Source: Isurus oxyrinchus (Eukaryota). Taken from it: a stretch of DNA of 64,000 nt. Position numbers and translations under genes: made by a program. Below the pieces are notes generated by a model that saw only the letters and a program-made list of their open reading frames with translations, was not told the DNA's origin and did no database searches. Below are positions 39,501 through 51,839 of the stretch, in pieces. Every line of letters starts with the position of its first letter. The first letter of the stretch is position 1. Location: positions 13,640,001-13,704,000 of the forward strand of contig JANJGN010000007.1 in the NCBI GenBank assembly GCA_026770705.1. Direction: 5' to 3'.

Positions 39501-40220
39501 CAGCTGAACGAAGGGTGCCATTGTCGGAAATGCTGGTTATCCAGAGACAATGGCTCCACCAGACAAGCACATAGCTGACTGGCGAGGGGTGCACACTGAG
39601 TTTAAAGATCACTGCTAGACATCTTGAACATTTATACGGCCAAAAGGTCCGAAAATAAATTAGTCTGAGCACGTAAACAGCGTAAACGGCTCCTCTCAAC
39701 AGGGTTGTCGTGGGTGAACCCGGAGGCGCAGCAATGAAGTCTTTTTGAGATAAGAGGCGTCAAAACCCAGAACAAAAGTTCCAGTTGTTTCTGACCAGGG
39801 ATTGGTCAGGGCAAAAACAAAATCTCAAATATTTTCTCAAATTCTGCATCTCTCATTTGGTTATTAGTTTTCAAGCAGATTACAGTTTGAATCAGCTGAC
39901 GGACCAGTCTGCGTAATGTGGCCCAAGTAGGGTATTTATTTTAGGAGGGGGAGGGGGAAGGGGGGAATGGGGTGACACTTCTCTATGGCATGAATTAACA
40001 ATTACAGAATAAAAGCGATACAATCGGGCAGGCCAGCTTACCAAACAAGGTAAATAGAAGACAGCAACTGAGGACACAATATGTCAGAATGAGAGCAATG
40101 AATTTTCACAGTGGGATGGCACTTTCCACTTTCCACAGTACAGTCTAGGGAACTCTTAAGGCAATACGGGGTTAGAGGTGGAACCCAGTTGTGAATCGAC
40201 ACCCTCGGACTTGGCATTCT

Positions 40221-40228
40221 TGAGGTAG
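40221..40228 (-). promoter_or_regulatory. let-7 8mer target site
   Basis: Plus strand TGAGGTAG in unique sequence. Confidence 0.4.
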
Positions 40229-41025
40229 GTACAAGCGAGTGAGGGTCAATAATAACCGTGCCATGTACTTATTTACTAATTTTATTTTTTTTCGCGATAA
40301 CAGATGAGGTTAATGGTTTATTTTATTTCTTGCCGGTTTACCCAGAGTGGGCTTCAGGTATGTTTTTGTTTACTCCCTGTCGTGAAGCAACCCAGGGGTA
40401 CTGACTAAAAGCTTTCACACTCTACTGATGTAGGCCCAGAGTTGCTAGGCTTGTGTGGTAAAGGGGGAAAGATCATGCAATTGCGTCATGGGAGAAGGAG
40501 TGACCCGATTTTATTTGGCATTTATTGGGGATGGCGAGGAGGGGGTGGTGGGGGGCAAGTGTCAGGCTCCAGCCCTGAATTGCATTGAATTCACTGACCT
40601 AGGCCTGCGCATGTCACATTTGAACTCAGTGCCCTTGGGTTCACTGAACTGCAGTGAGGCTTCCTGCTCCTGACCATTGTCCAAATGATGTCTGCTGGAA
40701 AGGGTCATGTGTCAAGCATGAGGATAGGATTGGGATTAGGTGTGTGCTGGTCACCGCAGTCAAATAGTCTGGCAATACCCACCTTCGAGGTTTCTGCATG
40801 ACCCTGTGGTGAGATATTGGATGCTTCTAACCGACTGCAGGAAGAACTCCAAAGATTCTGTATTTAGTGAGACTAGGGGCAGGATACGGAGGAGGGACAG
40901 AGAATGGAGCATTTTCCATAATTTCTACTGAGTCCTGTCATCAGGTACTCCCATAGGAATGTCTATCATAGTTAAGATGCAAAATATAACTCCTCCTACA
41001 CTACCATAAGAATTTACCTCAACCA

Positions 41026-41296
41026 TCAGTTGCCAATTCCAGTTGGATGTATTTCTGGAGGTATCTTTATGTAACCTCCTGCCTCCAGCCTCCCCACCAA
41101 ACAAGCAGCCATTTTTTGTCAATTCCAATACTGTTAAAAGCTAATAAACAAAAGATTTCAAAGAAAATGGAAAAAAGAAACAATATTTTCTAAATGACCC
41201 CTATGATTTTTCTCCTGGATTGATGCCAGAAGTGTTTTGGAGATTAATCTTTAATTCTTGGAAACTCCAGGGCAATCCTGGATGGTTGGCAACCCT
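41026..41296. mobile_element. MITE, GGTTGCCAAC family
   Basis: gttgccaattcc...gttggcaaccct; reverse-complement similarity to the 27143 copy. Confidence 0.6.
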
Positions 41297-43342
41297 ACCT
41301 CAAACCCAGTCCCATTCAATAAAGCTACTTGCCCTCCCTTCACCAGGTAGGCAAAATGGACAATGGAAACATCCCCTCTCCTTGCCCCATTTTGAGTCAT
41401 ACTGACCAGGAGTTTCAAGACTGCACCTTAAAACATCTGGTTTCAAGTGGGAGGCTGGTGAGGCAACAATGGGAGGTCTTTCTCTCTCTCTCTCTTCTCA
41501 ATGCCTGCCTACTATCCCCTCCATACATCTAACAGCCTGTCGAATGATTCAAAACTCAGATCAAGTTCTTGACCTTTCTTTTCTCTCTGGTCTGAGCTTT
41601 TCCTATGTACGTTGAAGCCCTCACCTCCTGGATGACCTTCACAACAATGACCCAAGGTACATGGGATCTAACCAAGGACATTAGAGAGGAAATAGCTTTC
41701 CCACAATGACATGAAATGACATAAATTCCAAGGTGTAGAATAATTGGTGTGGCCCAAGTTGGACCAGTACTCATCCATTTTGGACAATACATGGGATTAG
41801 CCTAGAACAAGGGCCCAGAGTGGCCACTAGTGGACTAGGCAGTTTTTCCAGGAGGTCAATAACCCAAGGGCCCTAATGCCTGCTTTGTTACAGCTCATGT
41901 TGTTCAGGGCATTGAATTATCTCGTGGCATCCTTTGCCGCCCACAGGATGAAAGATGGTCATTCGCTTCATGTCCTACTAGTTAGTTTAGTTGGTTTTGT
42001 ATGTGCAATAAGTATGTTTTTTTCTGAGGCAAGGGTGGTTGGGTTGGGGGGCTGTTGGGCCGATGGTGGGTAAGCTGGAGAGTATAAAGACAGAGGGGTG
42101 GCATCTTGATTGGTACTAGGCAAGCCTGGGTTTTTTTTTGCAGCTATGGGGACCAGCATCTCTTTGTACTGGAGTGATTACAGCTCCCTATAACGAGTTT
42201 CTATCAAATGACAAGGTGAGGGGAGCTGGCAATTGTTATCTTAAAGAGATAACTAAATGGCTTCAAAATTTAGTAGTCCGTTCCTCATGTCTTGGTTGTT
42301 AAAGGCTATGTGAGCAGAGCAAGCCACTGCCACCATTTGCCACCCCAACTCTGGAACACGTGGTGAATAAAGGATTGAGACTGGCGGTAGCTGACTTTAT
42401 GTCAGTCTCAAGGACATCCCGAGCAGACCGAGGTTACATTTTACTGGCTTCATGTCCCCTTCACTTCCTGTCACAGCACTTGCCCCTCCTCCCTACCACC
42501 ACCACACCCCCCCCCACCCCATCCCCCACCCCCCACCCCCCTTCCCCCCAACTTGCCCTTCTCTTCACCTGAACCCAGCTTTGTTTATGAGTTTTCTCTT
42601 CCTCTGGTTAAAGTTCAAGTAACGGTTTATAGTGAGCTAGGTTTGGCTTGTGTGGGCTGAGTTACTTTATCTAGTTCAGTCAGCAACAAAGGAGGCTAAC
42701 GGATTCCTGGGAGGGGAGCACAAGGCAGTAACTCAGATGGCACCAAAAACTGAAACAACCGAGCTAGCACAGTTGGGAATCATCATCTGAACCCTGAGAT
42801 TTGATCACTGTCTTGAAAAGCCACGCCTAATATTATCTTAAAGATGTATGCATTGGGGAGAGGTGAGCTTACGGGGACTGTTTGACAGTGCAAACCTGTC
42901 AGTCACAGGTTTTTGTTAGGCAAGGGTTTTAAGGGGATACGATACCATGGTGGGTAAATAGGGTTGAGATATTAGATCAACCGTGACCTGACTGAATGGC
43001 GGAACAGGTCTGAGGGAGCCTGAATGGCCTCAGCCTGTTCCTAAACTCCAGGCAATGGTTGATGTTAAAACAATGAGATTCCTCGTATTTGTATCAACCA
43101 CTGGTGGAGGTGCCAAACTGTTGATGCACTTCACATCATTGATCACCACATTGGAGATTGCTGCAGATTATCAAGATATGACTCACAGTTCCTTCCCTTG
43201 GAGGCGGAGGTTTGACAGCTGAGTATCAAGCATTGACTAAGAGACTGCAGTCTGACAGGTCCTGAACCATTGTTTCGTGAGAGAAACAAAATGAACATAA
43301 AGCGACTATATGGACTGAAAGGGACCCTGAAGTCCATGACAA

Positions 43343-43344
<2 letters not shown>

Positions 43345-43372
<28 letters not shown>
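43345..43372. repeat. (TA)n microsatellite
   Basis: Direct inspection. Confidence 0.95.
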
Positions 43373-43376
<4 letters not shown>

Positions 43377-43453
43377 GTTGATATACAGTACAGTTTGTGT
43401 GTCTTGCTTTGTTGTTTCTTTTAACTCAGATGCTGCACTTTTGAAATACACAC

Positions 43454-43461
43454 TGAGGTAG
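43454..43461 (-). promoter_or_regulatory. let-7 8mer target site with possible 3' supplementary pairing
   Basis: Plus strand tgaggtagttgtggattgtgg in AT-rich unique sequence. Confidence 0.5.
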
Positions 43462-46400
43462 TTGTGGATTGTGGCCAAAATCAGTTCAACTATATAAAAA
43501 AAACAAAAAGTGCACAAGTGAATTATGTAAAACCTGACCATGAAAAATAAAACACAGTTTTCAAGAGTTTGATGTTCCTGAATTGTTTGAGTTACCTGAA
43601 AAAAATTGCTCTCTGACAAAACAATTAAGATGAAAATATCTTTTTACCGTCTCTAAATACTGCTTGCAGTCCAATTCAAGGCCTACTGGGGGCTGGGTTA
43701 CCCACTCGGCTGCTGCTGGCGAGAGGCAGGTAGAGAACCAAATGGGGGATTCAAGAACCCCGCGTTGCTCCACCGCCGCTACCAGAGAGGGACAGATAGC
43801 CAGCAACACCCGCCTAGGGAGTCAGCCCCCATTCTTTCCACTTCCCTGCCCCTGACGCACCTTAAATGTATAAAAGTGTCGGGTCCCCTCTACCACATCT
43901 TACTTTCAGCTTGCTGCAGTCTGTCAACTGAGTGATGGATAGAAAGGCACAGGGTGCGTGGAGGTGAGTAAAGACAGCCTCCTTATTTCCCCACCAGGGC
44001 TCCCATTTTGAAAATCTCACGGAGAATTTCACCTTTTTTTGGTTGCTGTTATTGTTGCATGTTTACTGTTTCAAAGGCGAATCCAGATGACATCATCAAG
44101 AGGGGCAGGCATAAAGCATTTAGCCATTCTGGTCTAAGCACAATACTCATGATCTCTCCTATTCTGCCCGGTATTGTCATACATCCTGGGACTTTAGCCC
44201 TTCATTCACATCACTCAATGAAATTAAAAATATTAACGACAGGTCACCTCAGCTCTGTTTTAATTCGGTTTCTTTATGATTTTAAGCTTCAGTGAGGCCA
44301 AGACAACCAACCCCCTGTGATGCCATCAGCATTCAGCCCTCATACAAGGAGAGTGAATAAAAGGAATGCCAAAGTTGATGCCAATTCTTTCAATTGTTCG
44401 TCTTTTCTCCCCTCTACAAACAGCCCTCGGCTTGATGGTGATCGTTCTCTCTCTCTAAGCAATGAACTGAAATTGTTTTTTTTTTTGGTTACCCCGTTTC
44501 CCCCTCCATACAATAATAAAAGCAAGTCAGTGGTTTGCTTCCCATTTATACACTGAGGTTCCGCTGTACCTCTTCAACCACTTGAGCATTGCGCAATGTA
44601 ACAGTGGGTCTTCAATTGTTTAATACCCTCTTTCCTCTGCTGAATGTTAGTCCTTTATATACGAAGGCCTCAGTGGTAAACTGCAGTAAGCTGTGGTATC
44701 AAAATCTTTGAAAGACCATGCTAAGTTGGCCATTTATATAACATAATGATACATCTACCGACTACTCCTCATTTCAACCCCCATCTTTGGTTTCCCATAA
44801 GTTTCTAGTACTTATCTAGGATTGCTGAACCTGTGATAGTATACAGTAGCTAATTTGTGTGGCTATAATATAGAAAGAGAATGAGGCCTAGTCACTAGCT
44901 ACTTTTTAGCAAGGTACCCTACACTCAAGCACAGACACGCTCACACATAAAATGACAAACCTTATTTTAAAACACGTAAAGCTTAACAGTCTGCTGTATG
45001 ATAGGAATTAGAAGTGGGCACTAGGGCACTGGAGCCTCCAGTGAGTGAAATATTCCCAGTACAGACCTAGATTTTGGATCCCCAGGTTTTGCCTATTGCC
45101 TCAATTGAGTGGTTGATGGCAACCTGCTGGTTGCCCCGAGAGGCAAAATATGGCAAATTTGGCAATGCCATCTCACACTAGTGACGGGTGATGGTTTCAT
45201 GACATTCACATGCCAGTACAACTGGCATTATGATGGCAACTAGCATTTGTCATCATGGCAATACAAAATGGCCTCCTCCCCAAACACAGAGCAAAACTTT
45301 CCTCTTTCTCTTCACTGCCAAGTTGTGGGGGAGGGGGCAATTTTTTTCTCTCTTCAAGGAGGGGGTGCCGTACATTTAAGCCGCAAGTAAATCACCCGTA
45401 ACTAGTTGAGAAGGCTCATGGGTTTTTTTTTGTCCTAAACTAAGGCACAACGCTAACAGAACTTATGGCCAAGAGACAGATTAACTGTAGTTTGGATTGA
45501 ACACACATTTCAAAACTGCATCATCGTGAAGCACACCATCATGCGCAACTGATTAAATTGGAACAAAAATATATACCCCGTCCTTCCCAAGTCAAAACAT
45601 GAGGGGAAGGGGTAAATTAGTCTCTTCAAAAGTGTTGAAATGCATGAACAATGCACTTAACAAGTTACAGTCCAACATCTCTCAGCTAGTTTGACAGGTG
45701 TCATTTCGATGTAAGATATCACAGCCTTGTTACTTAAATATATGTTATGTAAAAGTTTCAAAGAGGTGACCTCTTTGGATTAATATCACAATTTAACCGG
45801 TACATCTTTTTTTTGCTCAACAGATATTCTCCCACCTGTACTTTTCTCTACTTCACACAAGTATGCGACACCGTTTTTTTTTAAAGCATGTTCCACTCTC
45901 CCACCCTGTTACATAATGAGTTAACATGGCACTGATAGTCAGGAAAGGCACGGGTTGGGTGAAAATGAGGCAACTTTTTGCCGGATGCTAGGCATACTGC
46001 CATCGTGCTGTTACCTGATCTTCTTTTGGGCATATTCAGGATTCATTGACAGGATGTATGTCGGATGATCAACTGTGGGTGAGCCACGGTGATCGGGATC
46101 TGATCTGTTTAGCTGATATCAGCCAGGGTGGTGTGACGCTAGTGGGGGAGTGGGGGTGGGGGGAGAAATATCACAGATACCCTCCCCAAGCTGCTGGCTT
46201 TGAACACTGCTTTTGTCTACTGGCAGTCAGGTTCCTGTAACTGCTCATCCTTAGGGTCAGACTGAATCCAACTCCCTTGGTGAACACCACTGGTCAGGAC
46301 TGTGACTTACTTCTTTTTGCGTGTTTGGAAAGGAAGTTGATAAAGCTGATGCAAGACTGAAAAAAATTGATATGAGTCTGAATTTCGGTGAAGTAGTTAA

Positions 46401-47835
46401 GGCACATAGGGCATTGATTTTAAGTTAGGGAAAGCCTCATTTGCTCGGTGCTATTAGGAAGACAAGACTGTTTGATGGCTTAAGGATTTGTTAAATAATT
46501 GCCCAATTTAGACTTTTAGTTGAGGCCCTGATTGAGGGAGACAGGGAGGGTATGGGAGGGCCCAGTCATCGTGGAGAAGAAACCGGCAAGGCTTTGCTCG
46601 TCTTAACACAAGGGCATCATCATTCACTGGAGACAGCCACCTGACAGCTGGCTAGATCCACAACCTGGACCATAAGGAGCTATCTCACCCCTCCAGCTTC
46701 TGCTGCCAGGCAACAGATTACATGTATAAAGGGAGACTCACTGTAGAGTATAGGCTGCTCTCAGTTTAAAGCCGCTATGCTTATAGGAGCCATGTTCAGG
46801 GCCAGAATCTCTGCTGTGGACATTATGGCTGCTGAGAATGGGGTCAGGATGCTGGCTCCCGATATTCCGAATTCCTCCATACCAACCCTTTATACCTTCC
46901 CTTGCCTGTCTGTGGGGAGGGGGATGGGAGAAGTCAAAGTTGAGACCTTGGCCAAATGGCTGCTAATACATTGAATGGATGAGGTACTCAAAGACAGTTT
47001 TTAGCAGTGGGAAGTCGGAGGGAGAGATCGTGGCTAAATCTAAACATTAAGAACCAAGCAGATTTCTTCTTTCAAACCCGATGAGATCGAAGTTAGTGGT
47101 GACTGGAGGAACTGCAAGGGAGAGTCCTCCAGAAGATGCTGTCCTGAGGGTCCAACATTAAACCTGGCTTCACTCACGCCCTGAAACATTTTGTGGTATG
47201 AGCGTGCTGTGCCAGTGGGGAGACAGTCGGCACTGACGACTAATCACTCACATTGGGGAATCAGTTGCCCCAGTGACTCCCCTGCTCAGCTGGGCTTGGC
47301 ATCTAGTGGGGTGGGTCATGAGGCATGGGGCAGGAGAACAATAAAACCACCTTCACAACTGGTGAGAGCGGCCTTCACTCTGCTGGGGTCTTGGTGAAAA
47401 CGCAAACGTTTTTCTTTTGCCGTCGTTGGCCACAGACTTAATGGTAGAAGAACTGAGGCAAACCAACTTTAATCCATTGGAAGTCCTTAAAGCCAGTGGT
47501 TAGAGAACATGTTCACCTCTGACCCAGATGAAGGTGATGGGGATGTTGAAAAGTTCAGCCCTAGTCAAAAGCTCTTTCTGAAGATGCAAATAGACGCTGT
47601 TTGCCGGGTTTGCTCTCTGCTTGATTCGACGCCTGTCAGATTTATCCCAGATTATTCAAGTGGGGTTTTGGACCTAAAAATAGCCTCATTCTACCTTCTC
47701 CCTAACTCCTCCGACATCAGAATTGTTTAGTCAACTAATAAGAAGCGAGAGCAGGAATCTGCCTCAGCTAAGCACATCCGAATTGTATCTTAAAAACAGA
47801 GGCAGAATTGTCACTTGGGAGTGCAGGATTCGAAC

Positions 47836-48054
47836 GTTGCTGAAAAGAGAGGCACATTACCGAAGCTTTTGTTTTGCATTCATCAGGACAAATACAAGAA
47901 TGCCAAATTTCAAATGCTCTCAACAATTTATGCTACAAGAGAAAAGGGTGCTGATTGGTTGGCAAGTCGACTCTGATTGGCTGAGGCGTTGCCATGGAGA
48001 AAGGGTTAAAAAAAGGCACAAGGCTTGAACGTATTCATCTGTTTTCAGAAAATG

Positions 48055-48091
<37 letters not shown>

Positions 48092-48204
48092 ACTTCTAGC
48101 AAGTGTAAATGGGCTATGTGATCATTTGAAATATGGCATTCTTGCGTTTGCCCAGATGAGTGGAAGATGAAGAGCTTCAGCAGCATGTCTCCTTTTTCAG
48201 CAAC
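47836..48204. mobile_element. Penelope-like remnant with inverted arms and an internal (GT)n
   Basis: Arms 47836-47916 and 48123-48204 are inverted copies. Interior translates IAHLHLLEVT...FL...EYVQAL.LF on the minus strand, like the C-terminus of the GIY-YIG fragment at 51525-51832. Confidence 0.8.
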
Positions 48205-48623
48205 ATAACTAGAATTCTTGTTAAGGCACACTAATCCCAAAAACCAACAAAAACACAAACATCCCAATGACACCTGTCAACACAGCTAACTAAGATTGTA
48301 CAGTAACCATTTTAAATATATATTTTCTTAAAGGAAAAGTAAACCCAGTGCCCACATTACAGAAGATGTAAACTGATGCGAATTGATTTTCTTAAGTATA
48401 TGAAACCCACTTAGTTCCTTTTCCACAGTGCCCATGTTGACACTTGGTAAAGGCTTTACGCTGGCTTTTGAGGTTGCTGTCCAACATGGCAGTGGCACAG
48501 TTGTGGCAGAAGGAAATTTATAATTAAAAAAAAATAAAAAATAAAAACAAAAAAAATTAAAAAAAAACATTTTTTTTGTTGTTGCAATCTTCATGGCTTG
48601 CTAGACAGCGGCTGCCCAGCCAA

Positions 48624-48631
48624 TGAGGTAG
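48624..48631 (-). promoter_or_regulatory. let-7 8mer target site (CTACCTCA)
   Basis: Plus strand TGAGGTAG, 18 nt downstream of the putative stop codon. Confidence 0.6.
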
Positions 48632-48649
48632 AATTTTACTGTGAGGTGC

Positions 48650-48703
48650 TCAGTTGCCTCCTGAAGTCGATGGCCCCTCTTGTCCTTCCGCAGTCCCCTC
48701 CTG
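48650..48703 (-). CDS. Putative terminal coding exon of a minus-strand gene, (Q)EGTAEGQEGPSTSGGN*, possibly HMGA family
   Basis: On the minus strand: polypyrimidine tract tgtttctttttgtttctctaac, tandem CAGCAG acceptor, phase-0 frame ending TGA at 48652-48650, then a let-7 8mer and U-rich UTR-like sequence. Upstream exons not found, so the frame is assumed. Confidence 0.55.
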   Translation of the reverse strand, partial: QEGTAEGQEGPSTSGGN

Positions 48704-48719
48704 CTGGTTAGAGAAACAA

Positions 48720-49310
48720 AAAGAAACAGGTTACCATCACCCAACCTCAGCTGATCTGCTGCTGAAACCCTCACCCTTGCCTACGTCACCTCTAGGGATG
48801 ACTATTCCAATGGTCTCCTAGCCAGCCTCCCATTTTGTACCTTCTGTAAACGTGAGGCATTCAAAACTCTGCCACCTGTAGCCTTGCTCGCACTAAATCC
48901 CGTTCATCCAACACCCCTGTGCTCGCTGACCTATATTGCCTCCCAGTTCAGCAATTATAAAATTCTCATCCGGGTGTTCAAATTCCTTCACTGCCTTACC
49001 CCTCCCTATCTGTAACCTCCTCCACAACCTCAGAAACTTCTGTGCTCCTCTAATTCTGGCCTCTTGAACAGCTCCGATTTTCATTGCTCCACGATTGGTG
49101 GCATTGTCTCCAGCTGCATGGGCCCTAAGTTCCAGAACTGCCTCCTTAAGCCTCTTCTCCTCTCTCTCTTTCGCTCCTTAACCTCTTTGAACAAGCTTCC
49201 TGCCCAAAGCCACTCCATGTTGGCTTGGTCACAAATTTTGTCTGAGTACACTCCTGTGGAGTGCTTTAGGCCATTTTGCTACGCTAAGAAGGTGCTACAT
49301 AAACGCAAGA
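48720..49310 (+). mobile_element. L2-like LINE 3' portion
   Basis: AAETL..A.VTSR.DYSNGLLA, TPVLADL..LP and IGG...SCMGPK motifs. Confidence 0.85.
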
Positions 49311-51524
49311 TGATATTGGTTGACTTGCTCCATGCTCTAAGCAGATTAGTTAGACTTTGTGAATAGGGCTCAGGCTGTAGACAGATGTATGGAGACATAC
49401 AGGACCTGTATTGATATAGTGCTTATCACATTGCTCAGAAACATTTCAAGGTACTACATAAGACATGGTTGCTTTGAAGCAAGCAAATGTACCAGCCATT
49501 TTGCACAACCAGTGATGAAAAGATTGTCCATTTTCTTTTTCTGTAGTATTATCTGAAAGGCATCTTGGGCCAGGTCACTATCAAAATTTGCTGCTCCTCA
49601 AACACAATTGATTCTTTTTCATCCACTTAAGCCAACAGAGCCTTTGTTGAATGAGCACCTCTAGCAATGCAGCACTGCACGGGATTGATAACGCATCAGG
49701 ACTTCAAACTTATGACCTTCTGGTAGAGGGTGAAATTACAAACTGAGGTCAACTGGGGGTCAATCAATCAACATCAAAGCCGCAAAGGAGTAGAGATACT
49801 TTCAACCTGAATATGCCCAAAAGTGACATCTATTGGAGGTCTGGTAAGGGGCTTCCTGAGTGATATTGGCCAACCCATCAGCAAGTTTCTTGAGGAACAC
49901 ACCCTTTGGCTAAGTTTCTGGTGTAACAATCAAATTTCTCGACTGACGAAACATCCATTGCGGTGAGAGGAAACCTCCTTTTGGAGAAGCTGATGAGATA
50001 CTCAGTTCTTTTTTGGTCATTCAAGCAGGGGGGTATGTTTCTAAACTTCCCCTTCTGTCCTCTTTCGTTGCAGACCATGTTCTTGCTCAATGGTGCAGGA
50101 CCGGTCCTTCTGGTCAGAGTGAGGAGGCGTTGGGGGGAGGGGGTGGTGTGGGGTTCCCCCCTGTGTGCTTCCTCATTTTATAATGAGCGTAGGTATCAGT
50201 CCCCCAAGACCCAAGGGGCTGCCACACCTGCAGCAGGGCTGGTGATATATAACACAGAACATACCACAAAGCACAGGGGAGAGAATAACTAGTTCATCAT
50301 GTCTGTTGCATCTAGACTAGGTGTGTCCTTTAGACACCATCAGCTCATCTCCGTGATGCCTCCCCATTACCTCGTGCCCTGTCACACACTCTCTTGGAAA
50401 AGATTCAGATTTTTAGTCACTATTGTAACTCCCAGAAAGAGCAACATGATAATGACCAGATAATCTGTCCAAGGTTTTTTTTATGATGTTGCTTGTATGG
50501 GGGTTGCGAGAGGAGGGGTGAGGGGGGTGGCGCGGGTGGCGAGGGGTAGTGTGGTGGTAAATATTGTCATGCATAAAACCTTAGGGAAATTTAGGGACAA
50601 ACTCCAGAGAATTCCTCTCCAATCTCTGAAGGGAGTCCGCCATGAGTTAAGAGACTGATAGCAAGAGTGACATCTGGCCCCACATCTATAGCTTGAGATG
50701 TCTCCTGATTGTAGTGACCCTATTTTGGAGGTGCGCTCACCCATAAGTTCTGGAAATCTGTTCAAGAGGTCAACACTCTTTGCAAAAAGAAATTCTGCCT
50801 GGCATCTGACCTAACTCTACGTTTTTGTGTTTTGTACTGATGTTCCCTGGTCCTTGTGTGCCTAATTAGCACAAATAACACAGCCCCACCAAACAGAATC
50901 CTTTTAAAGAATCATAGCCTCTTGAAGCTGTTAATTCCCTAATGAAAAACATATCCTGTGCCATGTGCCTATCCTAGTAATTAATCGCTGTGCAACCAAA
51001 CATCATTCTCGGGGTACTCCTCTGGACCTTTGCAATATCCCTGACCGTGCGAGGGATTGATGCAGTCAGGACAAGGTCTTATATAAAGCAAACATTGTGT
51101 GGTAGCTGCCTCTAGTTTTATCAGCACAACCTGGCTTTAACTTGAGACAGGCAAGTGCTAAAAGATCACAGAGGTTTAAAGTTAAGTTGCAGCCAGTGTG
51201 AATTGAGTTCCTGTGATCGTTAAGGCTGATTTGAAAGGGTTACCAGGCCATGCTCCCAAATAGTTGCATTTCTGACAATTGTGCCTGTTTGCCTCCGGTC
51301 AAGAAAACTCTTCAAGCTCAACTTGATTTTTTTTGGCTTGCGCATTTTAGAAGCATTTAAATATGAAAAAAATGATCAAATTTTTGATAGCTGACAAGTA
51401 CACGGCAATTAAACTAAACAAATGGTTCGGTAGAGTTTTGTTTTCAGTCATTTTCAGTAGTTAGGCTCAGATGTTGACTCCCGAGGTGGGTAGCGTGTGT
51501 TGGAAAATTTCCTGGCTCCCGGCG

Positions 51525-51832
51525 ACATGTTCTTTTTGTTTGCAAAGGACAAGGCCCTGGGTGTGAATACATGTAACTTCTAGCATGTGTAAACGAGCTA
51601 CACTGCGAGGCCGACTGATGATCTTAAAGTAGCTGTTAGTGCAATTCTTAGCACAATCAGGATTGTTTAGCAAGTGTTGTCCAATTGTGGAATCACATCT
51701 AAGGTTGGGCACTATGTTTTGAGTTCTGCAAACAGGGACTGGTTGGGTATGGTCAGTACTTTGCCTGCTGTGAACAGCCAAGGGGATGTGCCGTTTGGTA
51801 CGATCCACCAGTTGTTGGGGCATATGGACTAC
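51525..51832 (-). mobile_element. Penelope-like element GIY-YIG endonuclease fragment
   Basis: QQL.DR.KRHIP...CDS.IGQHLLNNPDCAKN....FKIISR.RS...LHMLE...I......LCKQKE. Confidence 0.85.
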
Positions 51833-51839
51833 TTACCTG

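Noticed and set aside
43454-43500. let-7-like microRNA gene on the + strand (tgaggtagttgtggattgtgg)
   Set aside because: No complementary 3' arm forms a pre-miRNA hairpin; better explained as a target site on the - strand.
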